Shown: piece after piece, positions 43,990 to 59,447 of the stretch | How the letters are laid out: the number at the start of each line of letters is the position of its first letter | Numbering within the stretch: the first letter of the stretch is position 1 | Assembly (NCBI RefSeq): GCF_009914755.1 | Contig: NC_060925.1 | Strand: one strand, 5' to 3' | From: the human T2T-CHM13v2.0 reference genome, Homo sapiens | Length of the DNA stretch: 64,000 bases | Translations under genes and position numbers: made by a program | Notes under the pieces: model-generated | Databases searched by the model: none | Seen by the model: the letters and a program-made list of their open reading frames with translations, nothing else | What the model was told of the DNA's origin: nothing

Positions 43990-44222
43990 GAACATAGTGT
44001 AATGAGTAAGAACACAGGCAGGTAGGGCCAGATGGTTTGGGTTTAAATTTGGGTAAATGACTTATTAGCTATATAATATTAAAAACTGAATTAAGTACAC
44101 AGTGTTTTAATTTCATAGTGTGTAAAAAGAGTTCTTGGGAAACTAAATGTATTAATTCTATTCTAAATGTTCCTAGAACAGTTTCTGACTCATAAGAAAT
44201 ATTCAGTAGCTGTTAGTTACTA
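43990..44222 (+). mobile_element. MIR
   Basis: gtaagaacacagg..gggtttaaat..ctagaacagtttctgactcata. Confidence 0.6.
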
Positions 44223-44239
44223 TGACTGGTTATTGTAGT

Positions 44240-44860
44240 GAAGGTGTCACAGATAGGCAGTTGATTAAATGGGGTTGGAATTCATTATCACTCAGATGAC
44301 ATTTAAACATGGGACTAAGTGAGTTCACCTAGGGAAGAGATGCGGGCTGAGGACTCAGCCATGGGTCATACCAGCATTTAGGGATACTTAGCAAGTGAGA
44401 CTAAGAAGGAACTGTTCATGAGACTGGAGAAAACAAGAGTGGTATTCCAAAAGTCTGGTCAAGAAAGTATTTCAAAAAGAAGAAATGATCAAGTATTTCC
44501 AACGCTAAATGGAGGTGACAACAGGATTAAGAATCATCCATTAGTTTTGGCAAGAGGGGGGCCTTGATAATAGCAGTTTTATGAGGTAATGGAATGAAAA
44601 GCAGTGAGAAAGGGAGAAAATGATGACAGTGAATGGAGACCACAAATTTCAGGAGTTTTGCCCTAAAAGGGAACAGAGAAATGTGGCAATAAATAAAGGG
44701 GAATGAAGTATAATTATTTATTTTTAAGCTGAAATATAAAGTGTTTACTTGCTAATAGAAATTATTCAATAGATACTGAGGCTGATGATGAAAGAGACAA
44801 AGGAATTGGTTTCAGGAGCAAACTTCTTCAAAAAGTAAAAAGGGCTGGGATTATAATGCT
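44240..44860 (-). mobile_element. L2 fragment
   Basis: gaggactcagccatggg..aagaaagtatttcaa..tttcaggagttttgc. Confidence 0.6.
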
Positions 44861-46003
44861 TTAATTTACTATCTAATGCAATTATTTTGTGTTTATTATT
44901 TCCTCAGGCCTTCAAATAAGGATCTATGACAGTAGAGTTTTTTTTGTAGTTGTTGTCTTATTGAGAATAGAATTAGGTTATAGGCGTGTAATAGACACAC
45001 AATATTTGCCAGGCAAAAAAATAAACAAATAAATGAGTGAAAAAATGAATAAATAAATGAAGTAGTTGTGTTTGTCTTAGATGGGAGCACAGACAATTTA
45101 TTGAAACAGGAGAGAAAGCAGGTATATAAGAATAGATTCATGTAAGTTAGTGGAATTGCTAATCAAAACACATAGATGTTCATATCATATTACTTATATT
45201 TAAATCAGTGAAATAAAATATACAAAACTAACTTCAAGGGGAAAATGAAAGATAAAAGCTAGGGAAATCTTGCAGATAGTAATACAAAAATACCCAAGAG
45301 ATAGACAATAGGAGAATACTTAGAAGGTCAAACAACTGATTAATGAATTCCGGAAAGAAAATAAAGAAAAGAGATGAGAGAAAGTTAACAAATAAGTATT
45401 TCAATAAGTGAGTTAAAATGATGATGATTAAAGTGAATAATAATTATTGAATTTTCATAATTACAGGAATGAAGGTGAAAGCCTTAAAGCTACAGAGAGA
45501 AGAAAAATAAGATGTTTCTCATAAAGTTTTCATACAAAGTCAGGAGACTCTCAACACAAATATTGGCAGCTAGAAGACAGAGTAATAATTTCAAAATTCT
45601 GAGGGAAATTTAAATGTATCATATAATTCCTTTTTGAGAAAACATATCAATTTAATGTGAATATGTGATAAAGACATTATCAGATATGCAAGTTCTCCAA
45701 AAAGAATGACTGTCTTTGCACAGTTTAACAGGAATCTACCATGGTGAGAAAGTTAAACAAGAAAGGACAAGACATGAAACCAAAGAAACTGGGAATCCAA
45801 CACAAAAATTTGAAAGGTAAAGTTGACTGAGCAGGAAAATTCCAGGACAAGAACTATGTGGTAGAGCAAAAGAGTAACCAATTTATATTGTATCAGGAAA
45901 ATATGAGGTTTTAGGAATAAGCTCTGCAAATAAATTTAAGTGATAAATTATATAGGACATCTGAATATATTAAAAATTATATTTAGTCTACTGGAAGTAA
46001 TGG

Positions 46004-46801
<798 letters not shown>

Positions 46802-47053
46802 TTAGGAAGAACTGATTATTATAGAAATAAACAGGCAAACACATACAAATAGGGCAATTTTTAACATAGGAAAGACTACTAATGATACAGGAAAGAAAAA
46901 AATGCTATTAAGTCACTTGGCTTAAGCATTGTAATATTTTTATATACTTAAAATAGTACAAACACTAAATAACTATTTAATCTAAAAGTTACATTAGGAT
47001 TATAGGTGGTAAAAAAATCCAGGACAGGAGTACTGGTGTAAGAGAATTAAATT

Positions 47054-47366
<313 letters not shown>

Positions 47367-47646
47367 TTATATCTACCCTAATAGTGTAGGAGTACTTTCC
47401 TTTGGGAAGCAGAGCAGAAGGCTAGGTGGAATGCGGCCAGAGCTGCTCCTATACATGAACCCTAAGCATATGTTACTTCAATAAAAATAACTTGGGTATG
47501 GAATATTTGAGTACAGGAACACATGTGTGATCTCCTCTCTGTGTGTTCATGAAGACTGCAAAATAAGTTTTCCATATCTTCCTTGTAGATGAACTTATTT
47601 AAAGCTTGTAATTCATTAGTGATGTACCCTTAGCCATGTCTATATA

Positions 47647-47725
47647 TTACGTTGGTGCACAAGTAATTGCGGTTTTTGCCATTACTTTTAGTGCCAAAAC
47701 TTCAATTAAGTTTGCACCACCCTAA
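47647..47725. mobile_element. MADE1 (Hsmar1-derived MITE)
   Basis: ttacgttggtgcacaagtaattgcggtttttgccattac...tttgcaccaccctaa flanked by TA TSDs. Confidence 0.92.
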
Positions 47726-47875
47726 TACATAGAATTGTATAAAAGCACACGTCTAGAAAACATACACACACAAACACACACACACGCACACATACACATG
47801 TCATGCTCAGTGAAATGCCAGACAAAATTCAACAACCTTTGCTCAATCCCAGTTACCCTAAAAATTAACTATCAG

Positions 47876-48178
47876 GGCCAGGTGCAGTGGCTCATGCCTG
47901 TAATCTCAGCACTTTGGGAGGCCTAGGCGGATCATGAGGTCAGGAGTTGGAAACCAGCCTGACCAACATGGTGAAGCCCCTTGTCTACTAAAAATACAAA
48001 AATTAGCCAGGTGTGGTAGTGCATGCCTTTAATCCCAGCTCCTCAGGAGGCTGAGGCAGGAGGATCGCTTGAACCTGGGAGAGACAGAGGTTGCAGTGAG
48101 CCGAGATCGTGCCACTACACTCCAGCCTGCGTGACAGAGTGAGACTCCATCTCACAAAAAAAAAAAAAAAAAAAAAAA
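47876..48178 (+). mobile_element. AluS (Sg-like)
   Basis: TSD aaaattaactatcag / aaaattaagtatcag. Confidence 0.93.
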
Positions 48179-48596
48179 TTAAGTATCAGTTAGCAAGCGT
48201 AAATGAGTAGAGACTTACAGCTGATTTCGATGGCAATTTTAGGTTTCTAGTGCTTGTATCTTTTGTATGTAGAGTAGGGAGGAGGAGTAGTTAAATAGTT
48301 ATTTTTCAAATTGAAGTATATTTGTAGCACTTCAGCGTACAGTTTAGATGACTTTTGATAAACTGTATCCGGTACTCCCATCATGATATGGAAAATGTTC
48401 ATTACACCAGAGAGTTTTCTCATGCCCTCTTCCAGTCAATCCTCAATCTTCCAAAGGCAAACGCTATTCTGATTTCTAAATATGTAGATATGCCTGATTT
48501 TGCATGTCATATAAAAGGAATCATAAAATATAGCCTCTTTTACATCTAATTTCTTTTACTAGAGTAATGACCTTCGGGTTCATCCACATTGTTGGG

Positions 48597-49258
48597 TGTA
48601 AAACGCAAATTTTGTGCTCTGATTCCCCTTAGAGGAAAGAACTCACTGCCAAGCTGCAAGAATTGTGGTTAGCTGTGTTGCACTTCAGGATGCCTCTAGC
48701 CAATGACTGAGCAAAGTCTTGGTATAAGAGTCTCAACATTTATACCCACTGCAAGGCCCCTCTTATGGTTAATCTTTGACTGAATCTCCCCACTGGACTG
48801 GCAGAGACCTTCAGCACTGCATGACAGCAAGAGGTGTCCTGATCAGTCATATTTTCTCTCTTCTCTTTCTTCAGGTATTACTCTCTGTCTTAATTCATTT
48901 TGAGCTTCTATAGAAGAATAGGTAATTTAAAAAGAACAGAAATGTATTTCTAGGCTGGGAAGTCTATGATCAAGCTACTGGTATCAGTGCGGGCCTTCTT
49001 ACTGCATCCTTACATGGCAGAAGGTGCAAGTAAAGAGAGAGAAAACCCACTTATGCAAGCCCATTTTAGAGTGGCATTATTCCATCATGAAGGCAGATCC
49101 CTTCACTACCTAAATATCTCCTGTTAGTCCCACCTCCCATGCATTGAGGATTAAGTTTTCAACACACTAATTTGAGGGGACACATTCAGATCATAGCCAT
49201 ACATTTCTGTAGCCCTACTTCTTTAGTATTTGCTTCCTGGCAGACTTAAACTATGACA
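48597..49258 (+). mobile_element. LTR16A/B-like LTR split by MST
   Basis: gccaatgactgagc..ttgcttcctggcagacttaaactatgaca. Confidence 0.5.
48886..49198 (-). mobile_element. MST-family (MSTC/D-like) LTR
   Basis: tgtcttaattcattt..aacagaaatgtatttct..acatggcagaagg..cccacctccca..gacacattcagatcatagc. Confidence 0.75.
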
Positions 49259-49419
49259 TAAGATGATTTGATAGTTCATTCTATTTTGTTAAGACTAGTG
49301 ATTGCAATTGCAAGAATATGTCAGCATTCTTTCCATTCTCTTGGAACTTGGAGCTATTTGCAATATTTGTCTATTATGAATATAGCTACTCTAAACATTC
49401 TAGTTTATGTGTTTTTATG

Positions 49420-49563
49420 TATTTATTTTTTATGAATTATTTGTTGTAGAGATGGGATCTCATTATGTCACTTAGGCTAGTCTTGAACTCCTGGCCTCAA
49501 GCAATCCTCCCACTTTGTCCTCCCAAAGTTCTAGGGCTACGGCCTGAGCCACCATATACAGAC
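49420..49563 (-). mobile_element. FLAM/Alu left monomer
   Basis: gtagagatgggatctc..gaactcctggcctcaagcaatcctcc. Confidence 0.8.
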
Positions 49564-49815
49564 TTAGAGTTGTATATTTTCATTACATTGGGAATCAAAA
49601 AGCTGGGCCGTGGTGTGAGCCATCACATCCAGGCTCACAGACTTATATTTCCATTGCTTTAGGAATTGAAACACTGGGCCATAGGGTAGTTGTACATTAA
49701 TTTCATGAGAAATTGTCAATTTTCCAAAGTACTTGCATCATTTTATGTTTTCATCAACAATATGGGAATGCCCAAGTTGCACTATATCCTCATTAAATTG
49801 GTTTTGAGAGTTTAA

Positions 49816-50132
<317 letters not shown>

Positions 50133-50299
50133 TAGCTATTTTAGAATGTTGAAAGTAGTATTATGTGATTTCAGTTTGCCATAAATTTTTCATATGGTTA
50201 CTAATTATTTCTTTTTTGTGATATATCTTCTGAAATCTATTGAGTTGTTTGTCTTTAGCATTGATTTGTATTTTGTTTGAATTGTAAGAACTTATATAT

Positions 50300-51298
50300 T
50301 GTTGCAGGAAGTCAGGGACCCGAACGGAGGGACCAGCTGAAGCCACAGCAGAACATAAATTGTGAAGATTTCTTGGACATTTATCACTTCCCCAATCAAT
50401 ACTCTTATAATTTCCTATGCCTGCCTTTACTTTAATCTCTTAATCCTGTCATCTTTATAAGCTGAGGATGTATGTCCCCTCAGGACCCTGTGATGATTGC
50501 GTTAACTGCACAAATTGTTCGTAAAGCATGTGTGTTTGAACAATATGAAATCTGGGCACCTTGAAAAAAGAACAGGATAACAGCAACGTTCAGGGAACAA
50601 GGGAGATAACCATTAGGTCTGACTGCCTGGGAGCCAGGCAGGACAGAGCCGTATTTCTCTTATTGCCGAAAATGGGCAAGAGAAATATTGCTGAATTCTT
50701 TCTCCAGTAAGGAATATTAATAATTAACAGCCCGGGGAAGAGAATGCATTCCCGGGGGGACCTCTAAAATGGCCACTCTGGGGGTGTCTGCCTTATGCAG
50801 TTGCAGATAAGGGATGAAACACGCCCTGGCCTCCTGCAGCACCCCCAGGCTTGCTAGGATTAGGAAATTCCAGCCTGGCTAATTCTAGTCAGACCCGTTC
50901 CCTGCTCTTGAATCCTGTTAAGATGTTAATCATTGACAATGGGTGCACAGCAGGACATGGAACTTCATTAGTAATTCTACTTTTGCCCTGACTTTGTGAT
51001 CTCACCCTGACCTTCTGCCTTGTGATCTTTTGTTGCCCTTGAAGCATGTGATCTCTGTGACCCACACCCTATTCGTACACTCCCTCCCCTTTGAAAATTG
51101 CTAATAAAAACTTGCTGGTTTTACCGCTCAGGGGACATCACGGAACCTGCTGACATATGATGTCTGCCCCAGACACCCAGCTTTAAAATTTCTCTCTTTT
51201 GTACTCTTTCCCTTTATTTCTCAGACCGGGGCAAGACAACAGTTAGGGAAAATAGAAAAGAACCTATGTTGAAATACAGGGGGCTGGTTCCCCCGATA
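50300..51298 (+). mobile_element. MER11C-like solo LTR (HERV-K11/HML-8)
   Basis: tgttgcaggaagtcagggaccc...ggttcccccgata; perfect 6-bp TSD atatat (50294-50299 / 51299-51304). Confidence 0.93.
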
Positions 51299-53269
51299 AT
51301 ATATATTTTGCATATAAATATTTTGAAGATACATGTGCATTGTAAGTATTGTCTCCCAGTAGCTTGCTTACTCATTTTTCAATGATGTTTTTTCCTAAAA
51401 TTTTTTAAATGCTGAAAATATTTTTATCCTGTTTTCTTTCATGATTATTGCTTTTGTCATCCTATTTAAGAAATTTTTGCTGACCACCAGTTGCAAAATA
51501 TTTTTTTCTAAAAGCTTCATAGTTTTAGCTTTAATGTTTAAGTTTACGAACGCTCTCAAATTGATTTTTGTTTATGATATGAGGGGGTGTCTTGATGTAT
51601 TTTCTCTATACATTTATCCAGTTGCTCCAGCAACATTTGTTGAAAAGATTTCTTTTTCTTTGATGACTTGCTTTGGCACATTTGCCAAAAATCAAGTGCA
51701 TTGTTCTGTTTTTAGAATGTGCATGTTTTTTTGACCCACTTGCCTATCCTTAAACCCATAGCACACTGGCTTATCCCTGTAACATTATAGCAAGTCTTGA
51801 AATCAGAAACTGTTAGTCTTTCAACTGTATTTTTCATTCCAAAAATATTTTGCTATTCTAGGTCAATTGCATTTTTTATAAATTATAAAATCAGCTTGTT
51901 AATTTCTACAAAGAAATGGATATTGATTAGGATTGCTTTAAAATATGGATTAAATTAGAAAAAAAGTAAAATCTTAATCATATTGCATTTTCCAGTTCAT
52001 GACTATGGAATATCTATTAATTTAGGTTTCTAATTTATCTAAATGGCATTTTGTAGTTTTAATTTCAGATATCTTCCCTGTATTTTGTTAAATTTATTCC
52101 TACATATTTTATGATTTTGATGCTACTGAAAATAGTATTTCTTAAATTTCAGTTTTTAAATTTATGCCACAAGTATATGGAAATATAATTGTTGTTGGAA
52201 TATTGCCCTGCTAAATTTGCTTTTCATTTGTAGCCACTTCATTGTAGTTTCCCATAATTTTACATGCAAAATAGTGTCAGGTTATCTGTTAATAAACTGA
52301 GTTTATTTCCAGTGCATTGTTGAATAATAGTGTGACAGTGGGCATTCTTGCTTGGTACCTATTCTTAGAATATTTCAATTATGGTGTCAACTGAACTTTG
52401 CAAGACTGCCTTTATCATAGAGGGATAGTGTGTACTTTGGTGAGGGCTTTTTAAAATTAAAAAATAGGATGTTAAATTTTACTGGATGTATTTCTTTCTA
52501 ATAACAGCTTTGTTGAGATTAGAATTCACTGCCCCAGCTCCAGTACAACACAAACAGAAGAAACTAGATATCATTATCTTGTTCCTGAAATCAGAGGGAA
52601 AGCATCCAGTCTTTCACCATTATGTGTTATGTTAGTGTGGGTTGTTTTGTAGGTGTCCTTTAACAGATTGAAATAGTTCCTTTCAATCGTAAGTTTGCTA
52701 AGGATGTTTATCATGAAAGATGTTAGATATGTCAAATGCTTTTCTATGTCTATTGAGATGATTATGCAGTTTTTGTCTTTCATTCTACTCACCTGATGTA
52801 TTATATTAATTGATTTCGGATGAGGAGTCTATCTTGCATTCCTGGTACAAAGCCTACTTGTTTATGGTCCATATTTGTTTTTATATGTCGCTGGATTTGG
52901 TTTGCAATATTTTGTTGAGGGCTTTTATGTTATTCATAAAGAGATGTAAGTCTATCTCCCTATGAGATATTATCATGATATATATATTTATATTTCCTTA
53001 TGAGATATTCACATACATAAGAGATATAGCAGTTTTCTTTCCTTGTGATGTCTGTCTGATTTTTGTATCAGGGTCATACTCATAGAATGAGTTGAGAAGA
53101 ATTCTGCCCTCTTATATTTCTTGGAGGAGTTGATAAAAGTTGGTATTGGTTCTTTAAATGTTTAATAGATTGTACCAATGAAGTTGTCCACACTTGAACT
53201 CTTATTTGCGGAAAGTTTAAAAATTACTAATTTAATCTTTTTATCTGTCGTAGGTTCATTCGAATTTTC

Positions 53270-53692
53270 AGAGGATGATCCTGAGGTTAGAGAGAAAGTA
53301 GTTTATTGACAGGTAACCCCAGAAATCACTTGTGGAGGCTATAGAAGGAGAAAAAAAATGTGTGTTAATGAGTTGGTTATCACTGCAGTCTATTAGGGCT
53401 CAGTCTTTCTAGGAAATTTTGGAAGACAGAATAGAAAAATTCCCAGTATTACCATATCTAAGGCATGAGGATGCTGCAGAATTTATCCTGAAACTCTTAT
53501 GTGTTATTTGCTAAACTCTTTTGTGTTATTAATGCTAATGTTGGTGGCATTAATTTGGGGGTATTTCCAGCTTGCTCTACAGAAGAGATTTGAGAAAGTC
53601 CTAAGGCTGGGAATTGACAGTGGACACCATTTGCAAGACTGGAAAGTGAAGGACAGAAGGGATATGGGTAGTGCACCAACAGTGTCTGCTCT
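53270..53692 (-). mobile_element. LTR33-like LTR
   Basis: aagtagtttattg..gtgtgttaatgag..gggatatgggtagtgcaccaacagtgtctgct. Confidence 0.55.
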
Positions 53693-53853
53693 ATGCTCCA
53701 ACGCACAGTATTTATACCATAGTTCCATTACATTCTGATTTTCAATATAGATTGTTATCTACAAGTCTATTGCCACCAAACTATATGTTTCTTGAATGTT
53801 TTAAGCTTTGTATCTTAAACATTTCTCATATCTAATACTTTCTTTCTATTTCT

Positions 53854-54241
53854 TTACTTTTATTTATTTATTTATTTATTTATTTTTTTTTTTGAGGCAG
53901 AGTCTTGCTCTGTCACCCAGGCTGGAGTGCAGCGGCGCGATCTCGCGATCTGGGCTCACTGCAAGCTCCGCCTCCAGGGTTCACGCTAGTCTCCTGCCTC
54001 AGCCTCCCAAGTAGCTGGGACTACAGGTGCCCGCCACCAGGCCCAGCTAATTTTTTTGTATTTTTAGTAGAGACGGGGTTTCACAGTGTTAGCCAGGATG
54101 GTCTCGATCTCCTGACCTCGCAATCTGCCTGCCTCAGCAACCATGTTGGCCACGATGGTCTTGGTCTCCTGACCTCGTGATCCGCCCGCCTGGGCCTCCC
54201 AAAGTGCTGTGATTACAAGTGTGAGCCACAGCGCCCAGACC
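53854..54241 (-). mobile_element. AluY with internal duplications
   Basis: 14-bp TSD ttctttctatttct (53840-53853 / 54242-54255); extra 8-bp and ~57-bp segments. Confidence 0.92.
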
Positions 54242-55246
54242 TTCTTTCTATTTCTAAGGCTACTGTACTAGGTATGGCTCATACAATAATCTTGACTGGA
54301 TGATTACTTTAGCCTATCAACTTTTATTTCCTTTTTGCTTCTCAGATTCAGGGGAGAATACATAGACCTCACTCTGCCAATAGAAGAGTATCAAAGAATT
54401 TTCCAGTGATGTCTTTTTAACTGCTGTAAGGGGCACAGTCTGCCTATAGCAGATCATGTCCTCAAAGCCAACCTCCTCATTTCTGTAAAACAGTATTATT
54501 TTTAGTTTCAAAATTCTATAATCATTTTCCCACACCTATGCTCAAAATATTTCAAGGCTTCTAATCAGTACTGCATATGTAGCCCTTTATGATCTGGCCC
54601 CTGCCTGTCTGTCTAGCTCATTTTGGTCTTTCCTCCATGTACCTACACTCAATAATACTGAGCCACTTATAATCCTTATAACGTTAGCACCTTTTAATCA
54701 CTTTTCTTTGTCTTTTAATACACACTAGCTTTTGCTCAAATAAAAATGTTTTAATGCCAATTTAATACCAATTAACTAAGATGTAATTTTAGTTTGCATA
54801 TTTGCCCATACACTAGACTGAGCTCCTTGAAGATAGAAACTATGGTCTTTTAATAATATTCTATTCCCAGTAGCAAGTGTAGGCCTAACACGTGGTAAAT
54901 TATCAATAAAATATATGAAACTACTGAAAGCATATACTTATTTTATTTGTATTTGCTACAACTACAGTACCTAGCATGGCAGTTTACACACACACACACC
55001 CACACACGATGTGTTAAGCTGATATTTATTATTTCCTGAAGTATTATCATAATTCTCTAGTTGCTCTTAAAGTCAGAGAGGGTAAAGGGTACAAGGGAAA
55101 AGAGTAATTGAAAAGATGCAACCTTTCAAAAGAACAAAATGTATCTTGTGTTCAAACTAAGTTCTGCTCTTTCCTATCTATGTGAACCAGAATAAGGTAC
55201 TTACACCCTCTAAAATTCAGTTTCCACTTAAAGAAAGAGATAATCT

Positions 55247-55579
<333 letters not shown>

Positions 55580-55606
55580 CTATTTTCTAGAGGTATGATT
55601 GTAGGT

Positions 55607-56220
55607 ACAAAAAAGGGGGGGGCAATACTTACTGGCCCTTTTTTAATTTGGGGAGCAACATATTCCTTATCTGGGTGTGTTACTCCAGCCCATTTACTAA
55701 GTGACCCAAAAAGCTGCTTGTTTCGAGTGAAGCTCAGATCAAGAGAAGGCTCTGCAACAGGTCCAGGCTGCTGTGTAAGCACCTTTGCCTCTTGGGCCGT
55801 ATAAACCAGCAGGTCCAATGGTGCTTGACATGTCAGTGGTAGCTAGGGATGCTGTTTCGAGGCTTTGGCAGGCCTTTATGGATTAACTGCAGTGCAGGCC
55901 CTTGGGATATTGAAGCAAGGTTCTGCCCTCCTCTGGAGATAACTGGTCCCCTTTTGAGCAACAGTTTTGCCCGGCTACTGGGCTTTATTAGAGACTGAAC
56001 ACTTAACCACGGGCCCACCAAGTTACCATGTGACCAGAGCTGTCCATCATTAATTGGGTTTAATCTGACAAACTAAGTCATAAAGTTGATTGTGCATAGT
56101 AGCACTCCATTATCAAATGTAAGTACTATATATGTGTTTTGGCACTGAAGGCACAGATAAGTTAGATGAAGTGGCTCAAATGCTCAGGGTCCCCATTCCT
56201 ACCATACTACTTTCTCTCTC
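55607..56220 (+). mobile_element. ERVL (HERV-L-type) pol fragment, RT connection/RNase H region, disabled
   Basis: From 55680 translates LLQPIY*VTQKAACFE*SSDQEKALQQVQAAV*APLPLGPYKPAGPMVLDMSV, matching ERV-L pol. Confidence 0.85.
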
Positions 56221-57086
56221 CTTTACATTAACTATTACATGTATAAGGTTTTGTATATTATAGGCATATGTATGAATTCTCTTGTCTTTCATAAACTTAT
56301 GAGTTCCAATGACAGAAAGCAAGTATAGTTGATGGAAGTTACTTTGGAAGTCACTTAATATAATTTTCTCATTTGAGGTCCACAAAGTTGAAGTAGTCTT
56401 TGTAACCTGAAAAGAGTCTTAATATCAGATCTTCCATAGAAAAACAAAATAAAAAACAAGTTGACTATTTTTTGCACTATAAACCTGAATGTTTGTCTTA
56501 TGAAAAAATGAGACAGAGAAAAACAAATCTGATAGGATGAATACATTATTAAAGTTCTTTTGTATGTCAGAAATTTTATAGACCATAATAAGTTAAATAT
56601 TAAATCTGAATTATTTTTATATAACCTCAAAAATGATTTATGTGTAGTACACCAGATATTATGGAGTTGACCATGGAATTTTGCTAATGAATGATATTCG
56701 GTCAAGGACTAGAATCCTGTGATTCTGAAATGGTTGATTCACCATGAAATGAGAACAAGTCAAAAACCATCTGGAAAATGATGTGAAATATCTTATCTGT
56801 CCTCTGAGATAAAAAGAACTGGTCTTATACTAGGAAACTTCTTTCCTTCTGCTTTTAGGTAATGTTACAATCCGTCAAGGATTTCCTTACTTTTCTACAC
56901 TTTTAGTAGGGAGGACATTTTCTAGAGCAGAAATATAAATTCAATATTCATGAAGCATATTATTGGTAAACTAAACTGGCATTCCTTGGAAGTAAAATAT
57001 AATCTCTGTGAAGTTCGTGAAATGTTTCAGAAAACTTTTTGGTGATTTTCTTTTCAGACACTAAATATTTTATTAAATAAGTGAGA

Positions 57087-57995
57087 TCCCTAAACAAATT
57101 TCCAAGAAAAAACCAAACAACCCCATTAAAAAGTGGGCAAAGGGTATGAACAGACACTTCCCAAAAGAAGACACACATGTGGCCAATAATCCTATGAAAA
57201 AAAATATCAACAATACTGATCATTGGAGAAATGCAAATCAAAACCACACTGGAGAAATGCAAATCAAAACCACCATCTCACACCAGTCAGAATGACTATT
57301 ATTACAAAGTCAAAAAGGAACTGACACTGGCAAGGTTATGGAGAAAAAGTAATGCTTATACACTGTTCGTGGGAGGGTAAATTAGTTCAATCATTGTGGA
57401 AGACAGTGTGGTGATTCTTCAAAGACCTAATGACAGAAATGCCATTCGACCCACCAATCCCAGTACTGGGTATATACCCAAAGGACTATAAATCATTCTA
57501 TTATAAAGACACATGCACTTGGATGTTCACTGCAGCACTATTCACAATAGCAAAGACATTGGATCAACCGAAATGTCCATCAATGATAGACCAAATAATG
57601 AAAATGTGATATATATACACCATGGAAACTATGCAGCCATAAAAAAAGAATGAGCTCATATCCTCTGCAGGGACATGGATGGAGCTGGAGGCCATTATCC
57701 TTAGCAAACTAATGCCAGAACAGAAAACCAAATACTGCATGTTCTCACTTATAAGTGGGAGCTAAATGATAAGAACACATGGACACATAGAAGACAACAA
57801 CAGACACTGGGGCCTGTCAGAGGGTGGAGGTTGGGAGGAGGGTGAGGATGAGAAAAAAATAACTAATGGGTTCTAGGCCTAATACCTGGGTGATAAAATA
57901 ATCTGCACAATAAACCTCCATGACACAAGTTTACCTATGTAACAAACCTGCACATATACCCCTAAACTTAAAATAATAAATAAAAAAAGAAAAAG
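57087..57995 (+). mobile_element. L1PA (PA12-15-like) 5'-truncated 3' end
   Basis: ORF2 C-terminus plus 3'UTR and A-rich tail. Confidence 0.92.
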
Positions 57996-59447
57996 AATAA
58001 AGAAGTTTGCTTAGAGAATGATTGTTAATTACACTCACTCCTGTGTCTCCTTTGAAATGTAAGATAGAGAGGATACAAACTTGAATTTCTCCAAATTCTG
58101 CAGATTTACTCTATTATTCCTAGTGTTTTATCATCAGCTATGTGGTAACACTATAACATTTCTCTTATTTATTATTATTTGGACACTTTTTGCTCTACAA
58201 GTAGAAAAAAGGAAATGGCAAATATATGTCTTAATTCTTCATAATTGCTTTTTAATACTTATGTGTACAATACTTCAATGAAAGCTTTTTATGTGAAAAT
58301 ATGAGAAAGCTGGGTATAAGAAAGTTATTCTCATATTTCTTATTTGCAGAATGTCTTGTATTTCAGGATGATAAAATGAAATATAACTTGAACCTTTTCT
58401 TAGGTTTAATATACATAAAACAATAGCGACAATCACATCCTTTTTCCCTTTTGTCCCATTCAAGGAACTGGGGCATTGCGTAGAGACTTCTCTGTAGATG
58501 TTGGGCAGATCTGTGAGTGAGCTATGCATATTGTTCCTTTTCGGTAACATGTTCCCACTTCTGTTATGTTATCTTCTTGTTTATTAAGCATATTCAGTGA
58601 GCTTTGATAACAAAAATGTAGGAGATAAGGAGAAGAAATTTCCATGGTAATAATGTTTACATAAATATCTCAGCTTGTATGCTGCCTGTTGTCTATTGAA
58701 TGTGTTTTCCATGCTTTCTTTAGATTGTTCCTTAGGTGGGAGTTGAATAAGTTCTAAAGTTATTATTATGTATGCATTGATGTATACATGAGGCTATTAA
58801 CACAAAAATCTTTGACAGAACAAGCTTGTAATGACTTCCCTGAAGCTGTTATTTTGAACTGTCTCTGATTTTCCTCTTTTTGGTTGAACAAATCTTTTTA
58901 GGAAGAGTGTGTAACACAAATAGAGTTGGAAAACATTTAGATTTTGCCCCTTTGTAGGTTCATAGCAGCCAAACTATTTCATTTTAAAAACGTGAAAAAA
59001 AGAATGTTTCTCACTAAGAATATATGCCAAGTTTACACCATCATCACATATTTTATGGCTGATTTATGAACCTCTCAAAAAGGGTGAAAATGTTGACACA
59101 TTAATAACTCTAGCGGAATGAGTTCTATATACTTCAAGAAAAACTACAAAAAAGAAACAAAGTGGACAATGACAATCTAAAGAAAAGGAAGTTTCTTAAT
59201 AAAAGTAGAAGATACTTGGTTTTACATAAAGACTTTTACTTTCCATATTTTTTCAGTAAAATATAACTATGATTATTTTATCGAGTATTTAGTGTCATTT
59301 TATTTTTCCTTCCTCATTTGATATTAAATTTATTGAATTCAATTAAGTAGTTGAAATTATTCAATTTTCTTTATTCAATATTATTCTAATATTTTAATGC
59401 TGTTCAAACAAGTAAGCAATCTTTTTATGCCATTTAACATATTTCTT

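Noticed and set aside
52574-52792. ORF with reverse-transcriptase similarity
   Set aside because: Short degenerate piece of an old L1 ORF2, not an intact gene
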